Assembly: GCA_964016885.1 (NCBI GenBank)
Contig: OZ024752.1
Span: 23,870,001 to 23,934,000, forward strand
Direction: 5' to 3'
DNA from: Eledone cirrhosa
Taxonomy: Eukaryota
DNA length: 64,000 nucleotides
The position numbers were made by a program, and so were the translations under genes. Numbering within the stretch: the stretch's first letter is position 1; every line of letters begins with the position of its first letter. Below the pieces are notes generated by a model. The model saw nothing but the letters and a program-made list of their open reading frames with translations. It was not told where the DNA came from and searched no databases. This document shows, in pieces, positions 46,721 to 60,829 of the stretch.

Positions 46721-49713
46721 GGTAGATCTGCTGAAATAGCGGAGATGCTGGAGAGAAGGCATGTGGATGTGTGCTGCGTGCAAGAGGTGAGATGGAGAGG
46801 TGCCTCTGCGAGACTAGTCGTAGGCAAACATCTTAACTATAAGCTTATCTGTGTAGGTAAGGATAATGGGTTAGGGGGAGTAGGCATTTTCCTGGCTGAG
46901 AGATGGATCAATAAGACAATAGAGGTAGTTCGAGTTAGTAATCGAATAATTAAGGTTAGATTAGTTGTAAGCAGGAGACTACTGACAATCATCTCTGCCT
47001 ATGCTCCCCAAGCAGGCCTAGGCAAAGATGAGAAAGACTGGTTTTACGAGCAACTTTTACAAACAACTGCAATGACAGAGGACGGAGACATCGTTATGCT
47101 AGTAGGGGACTTCAATGGTCATGTTGGACAGCTACAGGATGGTTACACTGGGGTACATGGTGGGCACGGTTACGGCTCAAGAAATGAAGAAGGAGTGAGA
47201 CTTCTTGAATTTTGTGATGCAGGTACACTGACTATTTGCAACACAAACTTCCAGAAACCTGCCAATCACCTAATAACCTACAAATCTGGTGAGCACATAA
47301 GCCAGATTGACTTCTTATTAGTTAGGCAGCGGGACAGGCAGATAGTGTCTAATACCAAGGCATACCCTGGGGAAGAATGTACCCCTCAGCATAGGTTAGT
47401 CGTTAGTGATATCTCAGTAAGCAAGAGTTGGAATGAGACATACAGGAAGGTGTGGAGAAGAAAGGTCTGGAAGCTAAAAGACCTTTCACTAAAATACAAA
47501 TTTAGGAAAGCCCTTCAAGATGTGTATGACTAAAAGAAAGACGATTTAGAGACGTATGACATAGGTAATAACTGGAATTTCTTAAGTGACAACTTACTGC
47601 AGGCTACTGATGAAACTTGTGGCTGGAGCAGAGCTCCAACCAGACAGAGAGTGACCTGGTGGTGGAACAGCACAGTAAATAAGGTCATTAGAGACAAAAG
47701 ACTACCATGGAAGGCTTGGAAAAAGGGTGGATGTAGGGGAAAATATACAGCCGCTAAGAGAGAAGCTAGACGTCAGGTGTAGTTAGCACGCAGGGAGGCT
47801 GAGAGTAGGAGGTTTGCCAATGTTCTGCGACGGGAAGATCAGAGGCGTTCGGTGTTCCACATTGCAAGGCAGTCTGTCAATGCAAATCAGGATGTTGTTG
47901 GAGATAAATGTGTCCGGAACGATGCCGGTGTACTTAGTGTCACGAATGATCAGAAAAAGCAGGCCTGGAAATGTCATTATGAGAGACTGGTGAATGTGTA
48001 GAATGAATGGGAGGGAGAGAAATTACCCTCAGTAGATCCGACAGAGGGACCAGCTATTGAGATTGACGAATATAGGGTCCAAGAGGCGATTAAGGAAATG
48101 AAAAATGGTACGGCTGCTGGACCATCGGGAATAGTTGCTGAGATGCTGAAGGCATCAGGGGACGTAGGTACTAAACTGGTTGCACGCATTATCAATCAGG
48201 CTATATGTGGTGATGTCATATCCAAAGACTGGTGCAGCAGTATTCTCATAAATTGCTACAAAGGTAAAGGAGAGGGGTATACAACAGGTGGGTCAGGTTA
48301 TGAAAGTAGCAGAAAGGATATTAGCACAACTAATTAGAGAAAGGGTCAAACTAGATGAGATGCAGTTTGGTTTTGTGCCTGGGAAAAGTAAAACACATGC
48401 CTTCTTCTTGGTGAGACAATTGCAAGAGTGTTTCTTTGAGGAAAATAAGCCACTATACTTAGCCTTTGTTGACCTAGAGAAGGCCTTTGATAGGGTACCC
48501 CGATCTGCCATCTGGTGGTCCGTAAGGAAACTAGGTGTTGAGGAATGGCTTGTGAGGACAGTGCAAAATTTGTACAGAAGTACTGTCAGTAAAGTCAGGG
48601 CAGGAATGGAGTTTAGTGAGGAATTCCAGATACAAGTAGGAGTACATCAAGGTTCGGTCCTCAGCCCGCTCTTGTTCATTATAGTCCTCCAAGCCATAAC
48701 AGAGGAGTTTAAGACTGGCTGTCCATGGGAACTTCTCTATGCTGACGATCTGGTTCTTATAGCAGAATCAGTAGAGGAGCTAGAGAATAAATTCTGACTA
48801 TGGAAACAGCAGTTGGAAGCAAGAGGACTGAGAGTGAACCTAGCTAAGACAAAAGTGTTGATGAGTAGAAAAGAGGACAAAACTCTGATTCCGTCAAGGA
48901 AATGGCAATGTTCGATATGCAGAAAAGGAACTGTCATAAATTCTATAAAATGCACACGATGCAGATCCTGGGTACACAAGAGATGTAGCGGAATAGCAGG
49001 CAAATTAATAGGTAGGGATAAATATATATGCAGTAGATATACATGGAAATTAGACAGTAGAAGTCGCATTGATAGACACATTTTTCAAATACAAGCGGGT
49101 GCTATAGAAGTGGCTTCCGGTACCCATGAGATCAGATTAGCATGGGAGGGGGTGTTCCGAGGCTATAGTATCTAGAATAAGGACGGGTTGGAAGAGCTGC
49201 TTCCTCTGCTGACGAAGAAGGTTTTCTCCCTGCGTACGAAAGGCCGGTTATATGATGCCTGTTGAGGAGCACAATGTTGCATGATAGTGAGACATGGGTA
49301 GCAACTGCAGAGGATATGCGACGGCTGGAGAGAAATGAGGCAAGCATGCTCCGTTGGATGTGCAATGTCAATGTGCGTGAACAACCCAGCATGAATGTGT
49401 TGAGAGAGAAACTGTGCCTGGGAGGGATAGAATGTAGTGTGCAAGAGAGGAGACTGAGGTGGCATGGACATGTGATGCGCATGGAGGATGACCTATGGGT
49501 GAAGAAGTGCCAGGAAATGCCAGTTGAAGGAAGACGTGGTAGAGGTAGACCACGATAAACATAGGCGGAGGTGGTGAGAACAGACCTCAGATCGCTGAAG
49601 CTCACGGTGGAGATGACGAAGGACCGTGACAAGTGGAGAGATGCTGAGCTGAACAAGACCCGTCCCACCCTTGCAAGCAGGGTAGAGCGGATGTAAAATG
49701 ATGATGATGATGA
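46721..49713 (+). mobile_element. Decayed near-complete RTE-clade LINE (APE endonuclease + RT + PHD-like finger), (ATG)n tail
   Basis: CVQEVRW, SAYAPQ, GDFNGH, IDF, QHRLV (APE); QFGF, FVDLEKAFD, GVHQGSVLSP, YADD (RT); multiple stops and frameshifts. Confidence 0.93.
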
Positions 49714-49761
49714 TATATATAACATATATATATATATATGTGTTATATATATATATATATA

Positions 49762-49797
<36 letters not shown>

Positions 49798-49798
49798 C

Positions 49799-49829
<31 letters not shown>

Positions 49830-49878
49830 ACATTTATATATATATATATATATAACATTTATATATATATATATATAT

Positions 49879-49917
<39 letters not shown>

Positions 49918-49997
49918 CATATATATATATATATATAACATATATATATATATATATATAATGTATATATATATAATATATTTATATATATATATAT

Positions 49998-50030
<33 letters not shown>

Positions 50031-50267
50031 CATATATATATATATATATATATAACATATATATATATATATATATAATGTATATATATATAATATATTT
50101 ATATATATATATATAACATATTTATATATATAATATATATATAACATATTTATATATATAATATATATATAACATATATATATATATATATATATAACAT
50201 ATTTATATATATATATATATAACATTTATATATATATATATATAACATTCATATATATATATATATA
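49714..50267. repeat. (TA)n tract
   Basis: Direct reading. Confidence 0.97.
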
Positions 50268-50751
50268 TAAGAATTAAAATACTACAGTGTGTTGGAGTTA
50301 AACACCCTCTTCATATTATATTAATGACAGTAAAGATATAGCTCAATGTAATTAAACAGAGCCGAAGAATTATGAAAATAAACCAAAGAAGCCTTCAATA
50401 CATCAAAAGTCTTTATTAGCCAACAATGTTTCGTCCTATTAAGGACTCATCAGGGCAAGTAAAGCTATAAGAAGCACTATCGGCCAATATAAGCCAAAAA
50501 CTCAGAAGAATATGGAGTATACATACATTAAAGCATAGGAAAATTATCAATTAAAAAATTATCAAGTAAAAAATTGCTAAGGAAGTGAATAACATTTTGA
50601 ACCCATATTACAAATATAGTACAATGCAAAAACTAAAACTAAACACAAGTGGTGATATAAAGCGAGAATTACAGTACGATATATAATATAATATAATATC
50701 ATAATTGATAATGATAATAACAATAATATTAAAAGGCCCAATATACATACT

Positions 50752-50787
<36 letters not shown>

Positions 50788-52120
50788 TATCAATAAACAT
50801 ATCCATCAATACAAACACAAACTAACACTTATTAAGAGTTTAAATATAAATATAATACATATATTATTTACAGTATAAAATGATAAAGAAATGAATAAAA
50901 ATAAAAATATAATATATAATATACTATATAATTTATAATCTCCGGTCAATTTGCACAAATAATATAAATATTACAATAACACTATAATAACAATATTATA
51001 ATATATATATTGGCATATAACTTAACAAATCATATAAAGTTACACACGGTGAGAAAAAAATATCATACAGAACTGAATTGTGTTGAAAAAATTGTGCTGG
51101 AAAAATATCTATACCGTTGTAACAAAATAGACGGGGGTCGAGTTTTTATACAATTGGTATAAATAAATATTATCTAAACATTATAAAAAATTATAAAAAT
51201 ATAAACATATTACAGAATTTACAAAATTTAACATAAGGGTACATCGAATAATCGGTAAATATTTAAGATCTATAGTACGATTACATAAAGTGATATGATA
51301 TAACAACTTCAATATCAAATAACAAACATAGTATAGTATACATAATTACATGGTTGGTAGACGGACATATGTGAATAAGTGAATAAGAACCAGACAGAAA
51401 CTACGCACGGTAGTAAAAAAAATATAAATAAAATCAACCGGAAATCGAAAAACAAAAACAAATATATTTACTTAGGTGTCACAAGCAGTTAAGTAAAAAA
51501 ATTAGGAATCAAACCCGGATAAATGACTAGAAAACCTTATTAAATTAATTAATATTGAAAGTATTTAAAATACATAATAAGTCAATACAAAATTAGCTAT
51601 GGTTTAAGTTATCAAAATCTCTAAAGTTTAAGATATCTCAATAAAAATATCCGGAATAGAATGAAATATTCTACTTTCAGTTGAATAACGTTATCTAATA
51701 AAAGGACCTTAAATAGAACTATGGTAGGCCAATGGGAACAGAAAAAAGAAAAAAGAAAGGTATGAAGGATAGGAAGGAGCATAAAATCATAATCAATATA
51801 CTGTATAATACAATAGAAAGGAGCATAAAAGGGAATTGAATATAATTATAGTATAATTGAAGGGGCGAATGACAAGTGTGTGGGGGGGTAGAGGGGGAGG
51901 GGGTTAATTATCTAAATGAGAATCCAAATAAAATATATAATCAGATATAAACTCATAAGGTGTTAATAGTGAAAATATAATATTTAAGAAGATAGATATG
52001 GTATGGTAGCCAAGGGACTATGAAAGCTAGATCGAAAAGCTGTTAAAAACCAATAATAATAATGATAATGATGGTGGTAAACAAAATGAACCAAACAAAA
52101 AAGATAAGGGAATATAGCAG

Positions 52121-53074
52121 CTAATGGATACAATTTACATTACCAGAACTTTTAGGTTTATAATAAAAGTAAGAATTAGAAATGGCGTGGGGGCAGGAAG
52201 AAAATATCTCAGACTTTCTATTAAGTAAGAGTTCCTTGGAGAAAATTATAGAGTGGGTCTCAAGGATACAGAGATTACAGAATTTAGTGTGTGTTGATAG
52301 GTTATTAGAGCGTGCTACTAATCGCCAATTAAGACTATATGGTATATTAGCCCCCTTAAGATCCCAGATATGGTGTGCTAAAGAAGTAGAATTCTTAAAC
52401 TTAACATGTTTAAAATTAGAGATATGAGAATTAAACCTAGTCTTAAAAGTGTTAGATGTTGAGCCTATATATGTGCTATTAGAGGAATTAGTTTTAACTA
52501 CACAAGCATAAACAATGTTCCTAGAGAGGCAGTTACCGTTTAAAGGGCAGTTAACACTCACTCTACAGTTACACTTCCGGGTGCTATTGATCGGCTGAAG
52601 TAGTGATGCATCACTCGTAGGGTTACTATGAGATAAGGTCTGCTCAGGTGGTAAGGCATTTATGGATCTATCCAGACTAGTAGTACGCAAAGAGGAGTAG
52701 CCGTCCCTAATTTTCCTATTGTTAGTGCTAGCTAAATGAGAACTAATATTAGGGGTGGTAGAGAATGATAGTTTAATTACATTTTTATTAAAAATACCAT
52801 GGTATTTATTAGTAGGAGGGAAATTTTTCTCTAAGATAGAAAAGAAAGACCTAGGGATGTTAGTTAATACTTCCTGATCATATGGCGGGTTAAAATAAGT
52901 ATTGAGTCTCCTTCTATTTCTATCCTTACCAACTCTACCGTTGTCTAATATCCCATTATTAAGATCTGGGTTACTACGAGGACCAGTTGAAACCACATTA
53001 TTAGAATCAGCCGAAACCCCATTGAGTCTCCTTCTGTTTCTACCTTTAGTATATCTACTGCTATCTGGAATCAT
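52121..53074 (-). CDS. PLE linker + Cys motif + GIY-YIG endonuclease (5'-truncated)
   Basis: YFNPPY, CNCRVSVNCPLNGNC, NIVYAC, TYIGST..FKTRFNSH, CNLCILE, LLNRKSE. Confidence 0.9.
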   Translation of the reverse strand: MIPDSSRYTKGRNRRRLNGVSADSNNVVSTGPRSNPDLNNGILDNGRVGKDRNRRRLNTYFNPPYDQEVLTNIPRSFFSILEKNFPPTNKYHGIFNKNVIKLSFSTTPNISSHLASTNNRKIRDGYSSLRTTSLDRSINALPPEQTLSHSNPTSDASLLQPINSTRKCNCRVSVNCPLNGNCLSRNIVYACVVKTNSSNSTYIGSTSNTFKTRFNSHISNFKHVKFKNSTSLAHHIWDLKGANIPYSLNWRLVARSNNLSTHTKFCNLCILETHSIIFSKELLLNRKSEIFSSCPHAISNSYFYYKPKSSGNVNCIH

Positions 53075-53365
53075 ATCAATAGGATTAGGGCTACTAATAG
53101 GATCAGTAGAAACAACACTATTAGTATATTATATTATATTATATTATATTATATTATATATCGTACTGTAATTCTCGCTTTATATCACCACTTGTGTTTA
53201 GTTTTAGTTTTTGAATTGTACTATATTTGTAATATGGGTTCAAAATGTTATTCACTTCCTTAGCAATTTTTTACTTGATAATTTCCTATGCTTTAATGTA
53301 TGTATACTCCATATTCTTCTGAGTGTTTGGCTTGTATTGGCCGATAGTGCTTCTTATAGCTTTAC

Positions 53366-53407
53366 TGGCCCTGATGAGTCCTTAATAGGACGAAACATTG
53401 TTGGCTA
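53366..53407 (+). ncRNA. Minimal type I hammerhead ribozyme (mirror copy 50417-50458 on minus strand)
   Basis: UGGCC-CUGAUGA-GUCCU-UAAU-AGGAC-GAAAC-AUU-GUU-GGCUA. Confidence 0.85.
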
Positions 53408-53453
53408 ATAAAGACTTTTGATGTATTGAAGGCTTCTTTGGTTTATTTTCATA

Positions 53454-53454
<1 letters not shown>

Positions 53455-53491
<37 letters not shown>

Positions 53492-53606
53492 ATATATATA
53501 ACATATATATATATATATAACATATTTATATATATATATAACATATTTATATATATATATAACATATTTATATATATATATAACATATTTATATATATAT
53601 ATAACA

Positions 53607-53653
<47 letters not shown>

Positions 53654-54271
53654 CATATTTCTATATATATATATAACATATATGTATATATAACATATAT
53701 ATATATATAACATATATATATATATAACATATATATATATATAACATATATATATATATATAACATATATATATATATATAACATATTTATATATATATA
53801 TATAACATATATATATATATAACATATACATATATATATAACATATTTATATATATATATATAACATATATATATATATAACATATACATATATATAACA
53901 TATTTATATATATATATATATATAACATATATATATATATAACATATTTATATATATATATATATAACATATTTATATATATATATATATAACATATATA
54001 TATATAACATATTTATATATATATATATATAACATATTTATATATATATATAACATATTTATATATATATATAACATATTTATATATATATATATAACAT
54101 ATATATATATATAACATATTTATATATATATATATATATAACATATATATATATATAACATATTTATATATATATATATATAACATATTTATATATATAT
54201 ATATATATAACATATTTATATATATATATATATATACAACATACATATTTATATATATATATATATATACA

Positions 54272-54323
<52 letters not shown>

Positions 54324-54422
54324 CATACATATATATATAACATATATATATATATATATATAACATACATATATATATAACATATATATATATATATATA
54401 TAACATATATATATATATATGT

Positions 54423-54490
<68 letters not shown>
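53455..54490. repeat. (TA)n tract with ATAACATATTT variants
   Basis: Direct reading. Confidence 0.97.
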
Positions 54491-54492
<2 letters not shown>

Positions 54493-56420
54493 GTAGGAGG
54501 TGAGTTTTGTTGTAGCACAATAAAGCAATGCAAATATTGGATAAGTAGCACTCAACAGTTTACAGGACTGGAGTATAAATAATATAAAATCAAAAGATGG
54601 TTAAAAGAGTTCCATGTATTTTATTTTGTGCATTTCAAAAACAAATATCGTCATGGGATGATATTTGAGTTCTCATCAGATAAAATAGGGAGACATGATA
54701 TGAAGCTTAAAAAACACTTGCGAGCAGTGAAGTGTTAAATCAACATATGAAAAATAAAATAAGATGGATATATGAGATTGGGAAAAAGGAAAAGAAGGGG
54801 GGAGGGAAAAGGTAAGGAAGAGGAAGAACGAATATAGATAGAAGAAAAAAATTTAATAATAAGGAAAGGATGACGGATGTGGAGTATAAGAAGGAAGGAT
54901 GAGAGAAGAGGAGAAAATGGGTGAGAGAGAGAGAGATATATAACCTTTAATATTGAGAAACACTGTCTCACAGAGAAAAATAAAAAAAAACGTAAGATAA
55001 TACATAATTTAAAAAATTAAGAAATTAAAAGTTAATGAGGTTTATGAATGGTGATGCTTATGATTAAAGAAAAAGGAATTAAGAATACTATTTAAGGTTT
55101 ATATATTGAAGGGTTTAATAAGATGTGCGAAAAGGAATTTATTAAAATGTATTATTAAAATAAAATATATTAAAAAGATAAGTTGAATGAAGATAAGGTT
55201 AAATGAATTATAAACTTAGAGGAATTAATTAGGGTCCAAGTTTGTTTCTATATATTGTAATAGGAAAAAGTAAATAATAGATTTAATACGAGCATGGAAG
55301 GAGAGAAGAAAGAAAAAATTCAAGAATCTCAAATCTATCTTCTAATAAACTTATATTTGACGCTAAAGCCAATTATTACAACAATGCGCTTTCCAGAGCG
55401 CATCTTAAAAATTTAATATGGATTACCTTCGTGAGGATGAAAATATTAAGTCTTCTTTCTCATGTTTGCAAATACTTTAAATGTGATTTTATAAATTATA
55501 TATGATAGTATACTTTAATAATAATATAGATATTTATAAACTTTTATAGCCTGAAATATTATACATTTTGATTAATTCATTATTCTGAACTAACATATAT
55601 GATTTGAAATTTAACGGTCAGCCAGATACGTTTGGATATATATAGTGTATATAATTAATTGTTAGTATATTTCTAATTAACTAAGGACTCGAAATTAAAC
55701 CCTTATAATTACACCCAGATATATTTAATATTTAGATTGATGGATACTTCTAGATAATTCAATAATTCAAAGATTCGAGTTTACTCTTTCACAAAGCTAT
55801 GCCCAAATGTATATTCATGTGTTTGTATAGATATATATAATTTTTGCATTATCTAATCATACCCTATTCATCCACGACAATACAAACCTCCCTCCCTATG
55901 CTTTATACTATAAACATTATTCCTCCTTGTCTCTCTATCCTTGATCAATTCTCTTTTGCTTTCTATACTTCTAGTAATTATATTTTCTCCTCATCTGTTT
56001 CTCTCTGTCTTTCTTCTTTCTTCAATAATTTAAATTATTTGAATCTCTAACAGTTATGTATTTTTAAGCTTTCTCACACGCATCCTCTGTATTATATGTA
56101 AATTTGTTCATGTCTTAATCTTAAGGTATATAAATATTGAGTTTTGTCATATCTTATTCACTACCATGACTGAATCTTAACCATCTACTATGTCAGGGTA
56201 TGTCATGCATCATCTTATTTTATCTGATGAGGACGTACTGTTGAAGTTAGCTCAGTACCTCTGAAATATGTATAATAAAATATACTTGATTACACGAATG
56301 TCTATTTTTGTTAATATTTTGAATTAATATTAATAACTCCGGAAAACCATATTTGTTGAGTGCTTCCAATATATTGTAAAACTCATTCTTTCATTTATTC
56401 ATTGAACCTTGTTTAACCTT

Positions 56421-56425
<5 letters not shown>
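54491..56425. mobile_element. Two diverged PLE 3' ends joined head-to-head, with a short RT-thumb remnant at 55323-55400
   Basis: Degenerate HHR on minus strand 54617-54687, intact HHR on plus strand; remnant translates RISNLSSNKLIFDAKANYYNNALSRA; (TA)n flanks. Confidence 0.75.
56216..56282 (+). ncRNA. Type I hammerhead ribozyme
   Basis: UAUUUUAU-CUGAUGA-[GGACGUACUG..CAGUACCUCU]-GAAA-UAUGU-AUA-AUAAAAUA; 8-bp stem I. Confidence 0.85.
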
Positions 56426-56478
<53 letters not shown>

Positions 56479-56479
<1 letters not shown>

Positions 56480-57912
56480 GGGATAACAGATTATTTTTAT
56501 AGGTAGTCCACAAAGGTGTAGTCCAGTTAGGGTACTCCGATTAGTGGATTGTATCAACGCTTGTCTAAGTTTGACTCAACAAGGCGTTTTCATAGTGATG
56601 CTGCGAGTACGCGGTGATTTCTATGTTGTTTACACTTGGAGTAATGACAAATCAAGAAAGAAGAGTGACACGCCTGTTTTCGCGTCAATCGATCACCAAT
56701 ACACAGTTGTAACCTGTCAATTCATCAGAGCTAGCGAGAATATAAAATATATATATATAGGAAAAGGTATGACCCCGACGGCAGAGCTCAAGCCGTTTCG
56801 ATGGCTATTTCTGGACTAAATTAGAAATTTTTAGCCTGGTAAATAAATAGCCGAACTTGTCAAAAGGTATTTCCTTATATGGGAAGATTGTAGTTGCTAA
56901 GAGGATTGGTCAAAATTTGTTGTAAACACAAATAAATCTATCATGGCATTTGTTGGGAGGTAGGGGTGGCTGAACTTGCCTGTAGAACAATGAGGGAGTG
57001 AGTAAAGCCAGTCAGGCGTTGAAAGTGAAATCTATACAGCAGATTCTAAGGGTAGTGTATGAAAAGTCGAAAAATTGTTCTGGAGAAAAAGGAGGGGAGT
57101 TTAAAGAATAGGTAAGTCAAATGAGAGTAGGAGACAATGAAAATAAAAAAAAATATATATAAAAAATTAGATAGTGAGAAATGAATAAAAAAACAAAAAC
57201 AGTAGAGTCTAGAAACAGCTGCTATAATTAGTAGGTGTTGCTTGTACGGCAAATCTATAGGAGAGTTTAATAAGTTGAGAATGGGAAAATACTAAATGAG
57301 AAATTGTAGAAGTGGGTAGTGAAAAATATAAAGCAAACTTTTCAGGGGGTCTAACACAGCTGTTATAAATAGTTAGTAAAGCGTAATCCGCCAATGCTAT
57401 CTTACAATTACAGGTTAATAAGTTGAGAATAGAAAATACTAAATAAAAAATTTTGAAATTGTAGAATTGCAGTAGTAACAAAAAAGATACAAAATTACAG
57501 GGGTCTAACACATCTGCTATAAATAGTTAGTAAAGCGTAATCGGCCAATTCTATCTTAAAATTACAGGGGTGGGGGTACTGAAGCTACAGAGGACCGATG
57601 GGCTGCATCGGCGTAGGCGAAAGGGGAAAAACAGACGAGGAAGAAGATCGGGGGTGGAAGGGAGTGATAGGATGAGACGGGTGGAAGAAGAAAACAAGGA
57701 CCAACTACTAAACAAGAAAGACGAACTGGTAACCGCATGCATACACAGATTGCGTAGGACTTACTTCGCCCTCAAACCCCATAACCACCCGGGTGGGTAG
57801 ACAAGGGCTGATACCTCCACTTGCCGAATAAGTAAGGGGAAACCCAGCTTACATAGGTAGACGTACCTCTTTTCTTTTCCTCTATGTTTTCTTCTTCCCC
57901 ACGTCTCATCCT
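56479..57912. mobile_element. Family-A-related PLE remnant: minus-strand pLTR joined at ~57699 to a plus-strand ORF C-terminus
   Basis: DQLLNKKDELVTACIHRLRRTYFALKP at 57700-57780 matches 9961-10041; ~57884-57912 is inverted to ~57669-57697. Confidence 0.82.
56772..56868 (-). ncRNA. Type I hammerhead ribozyme, U3-A8 variant, homologous to 11168-11261
   Basis: ACCUU-UUGACAA-[..GGCUAUUU..AAAUAGCC..]-GAAAC-GGCUUGAGCUCUGCC-GUC-GGGGU. Confidence 0.7.
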
Positions 57913-60363
57913 TTGGAATACCTAACATATATATAAAATATATAACTATATATATAAATATAATTTTTATGGCTTTTTTCGTGGCATATATTTTTTAACG
58001 TTAAATTATTAATAACAACATACCGTGTTTGCCGCCCTTCTGGGCGCCCCTTTGCATAAGACGTTGCATTTTTAAAACTATATTTTACGTTATACTTTGA
58101 CGTTTATAGACCACGTCCAATATTAGCAGTTTTTCACTCTTCGCGGGTGCTCTAGGAACATAAACACCGTGAATACTGGGGACAACTGTGTATATATATA
58201 TATTGAAAAATTATCGGTAAAACGTATGTGGACAAGTGTCAACAAACGAAAAACAAAATAGAGACCCCGGCATCAGCAATTTATCGAATATTTTCATAGT
58301 TTCGACGCCAATATTAAATACGATTAAAAGAAACATTTTACAATAAAGTATCATTTATTTATTAACAACAAAAGATTAAAAGAAATCTGAATGGTCACGA
58401 CACATAATCTTCTTGTCTGCTACATTAAAAATGACAGTGAAATATCACGTGATTGATAAGTGCGGAGTAAAATCAATGCCTAATAAATTTATATATTTCT
58501 CTATTATTTAAAAAAAATCATCTAAATGATTAACAATTTATAGGTACTGTTGTTATTTTATATTCTCCCAAGCTTTGAGAATTTAATATTTAGGTTTGAT
58601 TTTTTTTTATTTCAAACCTCAGCCGATATAAATATTCAGATGCGTACACATTAAAAAGTATTACTAACTTAATAATATTCTTTTCTTTCTGTGAAAACAA
58701 AAATTATTTAAAAATCATAATAAATAATGATAACAGCTGAAGATGTTCTTTTTTGAATTTATTTTTAAATGTTTTTGACCGGAAGTGCTTGTGCTGAAGG
58801 TCACAGAAACGGAGAAATCATTGAAGGAGATCTATTCCTGTCTTTTTTCGTTTCCAGTTAACTTCATCGAAACCAAGATGCTTGCCCGAGTCTTACCCAT
58901 CGCTAATACATTGAGGATGACAGCTCGTAAGTACCATAATAGAAATAGTTTTAGTTTTTTTCTCCATCTCTTTTTGAAACAGTTTCTACTTTATAATTTT
59001 ATAAATTGACTTTCTCTTTATAGTCTCTTTATATCACACATACACTCTTTCATGTCAAAGTTACCTTGGTTTTTCCTTGACACTAGTATATATCAGGTTG
59101 GGCGTGCGACAAAATGCTTTATTTCTTCAAATCCGGTTCATACACATATAGAATATATAGTTTATATTAAAGTTCATACACTTAACGTATGCGCGACCTT
59201 AGGTTTCGAGGTCCAGTTATGGCTACCACTGTATAGTGGAGTAACGGTTTTAAAACTGGTCTTGCCAGGCGCAAGGACAAATTGTATGAACTTTGATATA
59301 AACTATATAAGCTCTCTTGTACTAGATTGATCATTTTTTCCTTTGCCTTTCATTTACAGATATCCTGCATACACACACACAGGGTGTCCCCCCCAAAATG
59401 TATACACATTTTGATTACCTGAATGCTGTTGAAGTGTGTATATTTCTTCATTGTACAGCGGAAGACCTTATACCCTATAGTCGTATACTATGTATGTATA
59501 TATATTTTAAAAGGGGTGGTTACGACGAGCTCGCACGGGACAACTGATGCTAAGCAACCACCATAGTCGAACAGACGTATGGCACGTAAGTTGTTTAACC
59601 ATAACACCTTGATCAAAGGCGTTCCATGCGTAACCATCCAGTACTTTAGTGGGTATCTACTATTAGATTCTCTAGTGCATCCTTCCCCACCCCTCTATTT
59701 TTTTTCTTTTCAGTCGGTGGAATGTAGTTTGAATGCTATTTCTAGTTTTTCGTACGATCACATAGAGGCTTCTTTGCTAGCACTCATATAGACGGTTGTT
59801 CAGGTCAACCTTAATTGAGCCGGTGGCCTATGAGGAGGTTTTATTTTATTGTGTGTAGACAATATTTTCTTCCCCCTTTTAAGTCGTTTGTAATTTGTGG
59901 GGCATAACTACAATTAAGCCCCACATCATACCTCGACAAAAGTAAAAATTCAAAAATAGAAGCAACACCTGATTTCATGGCAATTTTGGTTACAGTCCAT
60001 TGCCGAATTATCCGTTTTGGTCATATAAACAGGTGATGTATAATTCAGATTACATTCATAAGAAACTGCTGCTACAGTATTAAAGACTTTGGTTAAATCT
60101 TATTTTAGGTCGCAAAACAAGTGAAAGTAACTAACTGGAATTAGTGTTATTATACACCAGTGGGACCTGTGGAAATTCCACGGACAGAATAATTAAGAGG
60201 AGCTATTTAAAAAAAAAGGATGATTTGCATATAAATCTTATTGTTGTTTGTGCAATAAATATTCAAAAACAATCTGTACAATACTTGATACACGTCATGC
60301 TTTAGTATTTAATTCTATTGAAACTGCAAGATTAATATATATAATAGGATATTCTTAAATACG

Positions 60364-60620
60364 CATCATCATCGTTTTTCGTCCATTCTTCCACGCTAGC
60401 ATGGGTTAGGCGGGTTGTCCTGTTGTGGGCAATGCCAGGTCGGGTGACCATGTCTTGTTCATACGGGAACTGATTTTGGCTTGATTTCTATAGCTGGATG
60501 CTCTTCTTAACACCAACCTCATTTACAGTGAGTACTGGATGCTTTTTTTCCGTTGCGCCTACACGACCACTTACAGTGTGGACTGAGTGCTTTTTTTGTG
60601 ACACCACGACCTCTTTGCAG
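60364..60620 (-). mobile_element. RTE 3'-UTR fragment or RTE-derived SINE nested in the Helitron
   Basis: Similar to 63023-63250 and to the reverse complement of 1200-1373; (CAT)n tail. Confidence 0.75.
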
Positions 60621-60829
60621 TGGGAGAGGGTGGCGGCATGTTTATATGCTTCAGCTTCGGCTTGTACACTGGGAAGTCGACCCTAATTCTGTATTATTGC
60701 GTAACGCCAGATGTCTCGGCCTTTATAATTACTTTACATTATATACAAATACAAAATGATATAGAGAATATATACAAACTTTTTATTTACCTGATTAGTT
60801 TCAGTTCTATTGCAACTTGCAATTGGCTC

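Larger units (their letters stand above)
50268..53454 (-). mobile_element. Naiad-type PLE family E, 5'-truncated, ~1.85-kb 3' region, ~310-bp inverted pLTR
   Basis: ~53145-53454 is the reverse complement of 50370-~50690; GIY-YIG ORF; (TA)n flanks. Confidence 0.9.

Noticed and set aside
59380-59415. Tc1/mariner-like terminal sequence cagggtgtcccc..
   Set aside because: No partner inverted repeat or transposase found in the window
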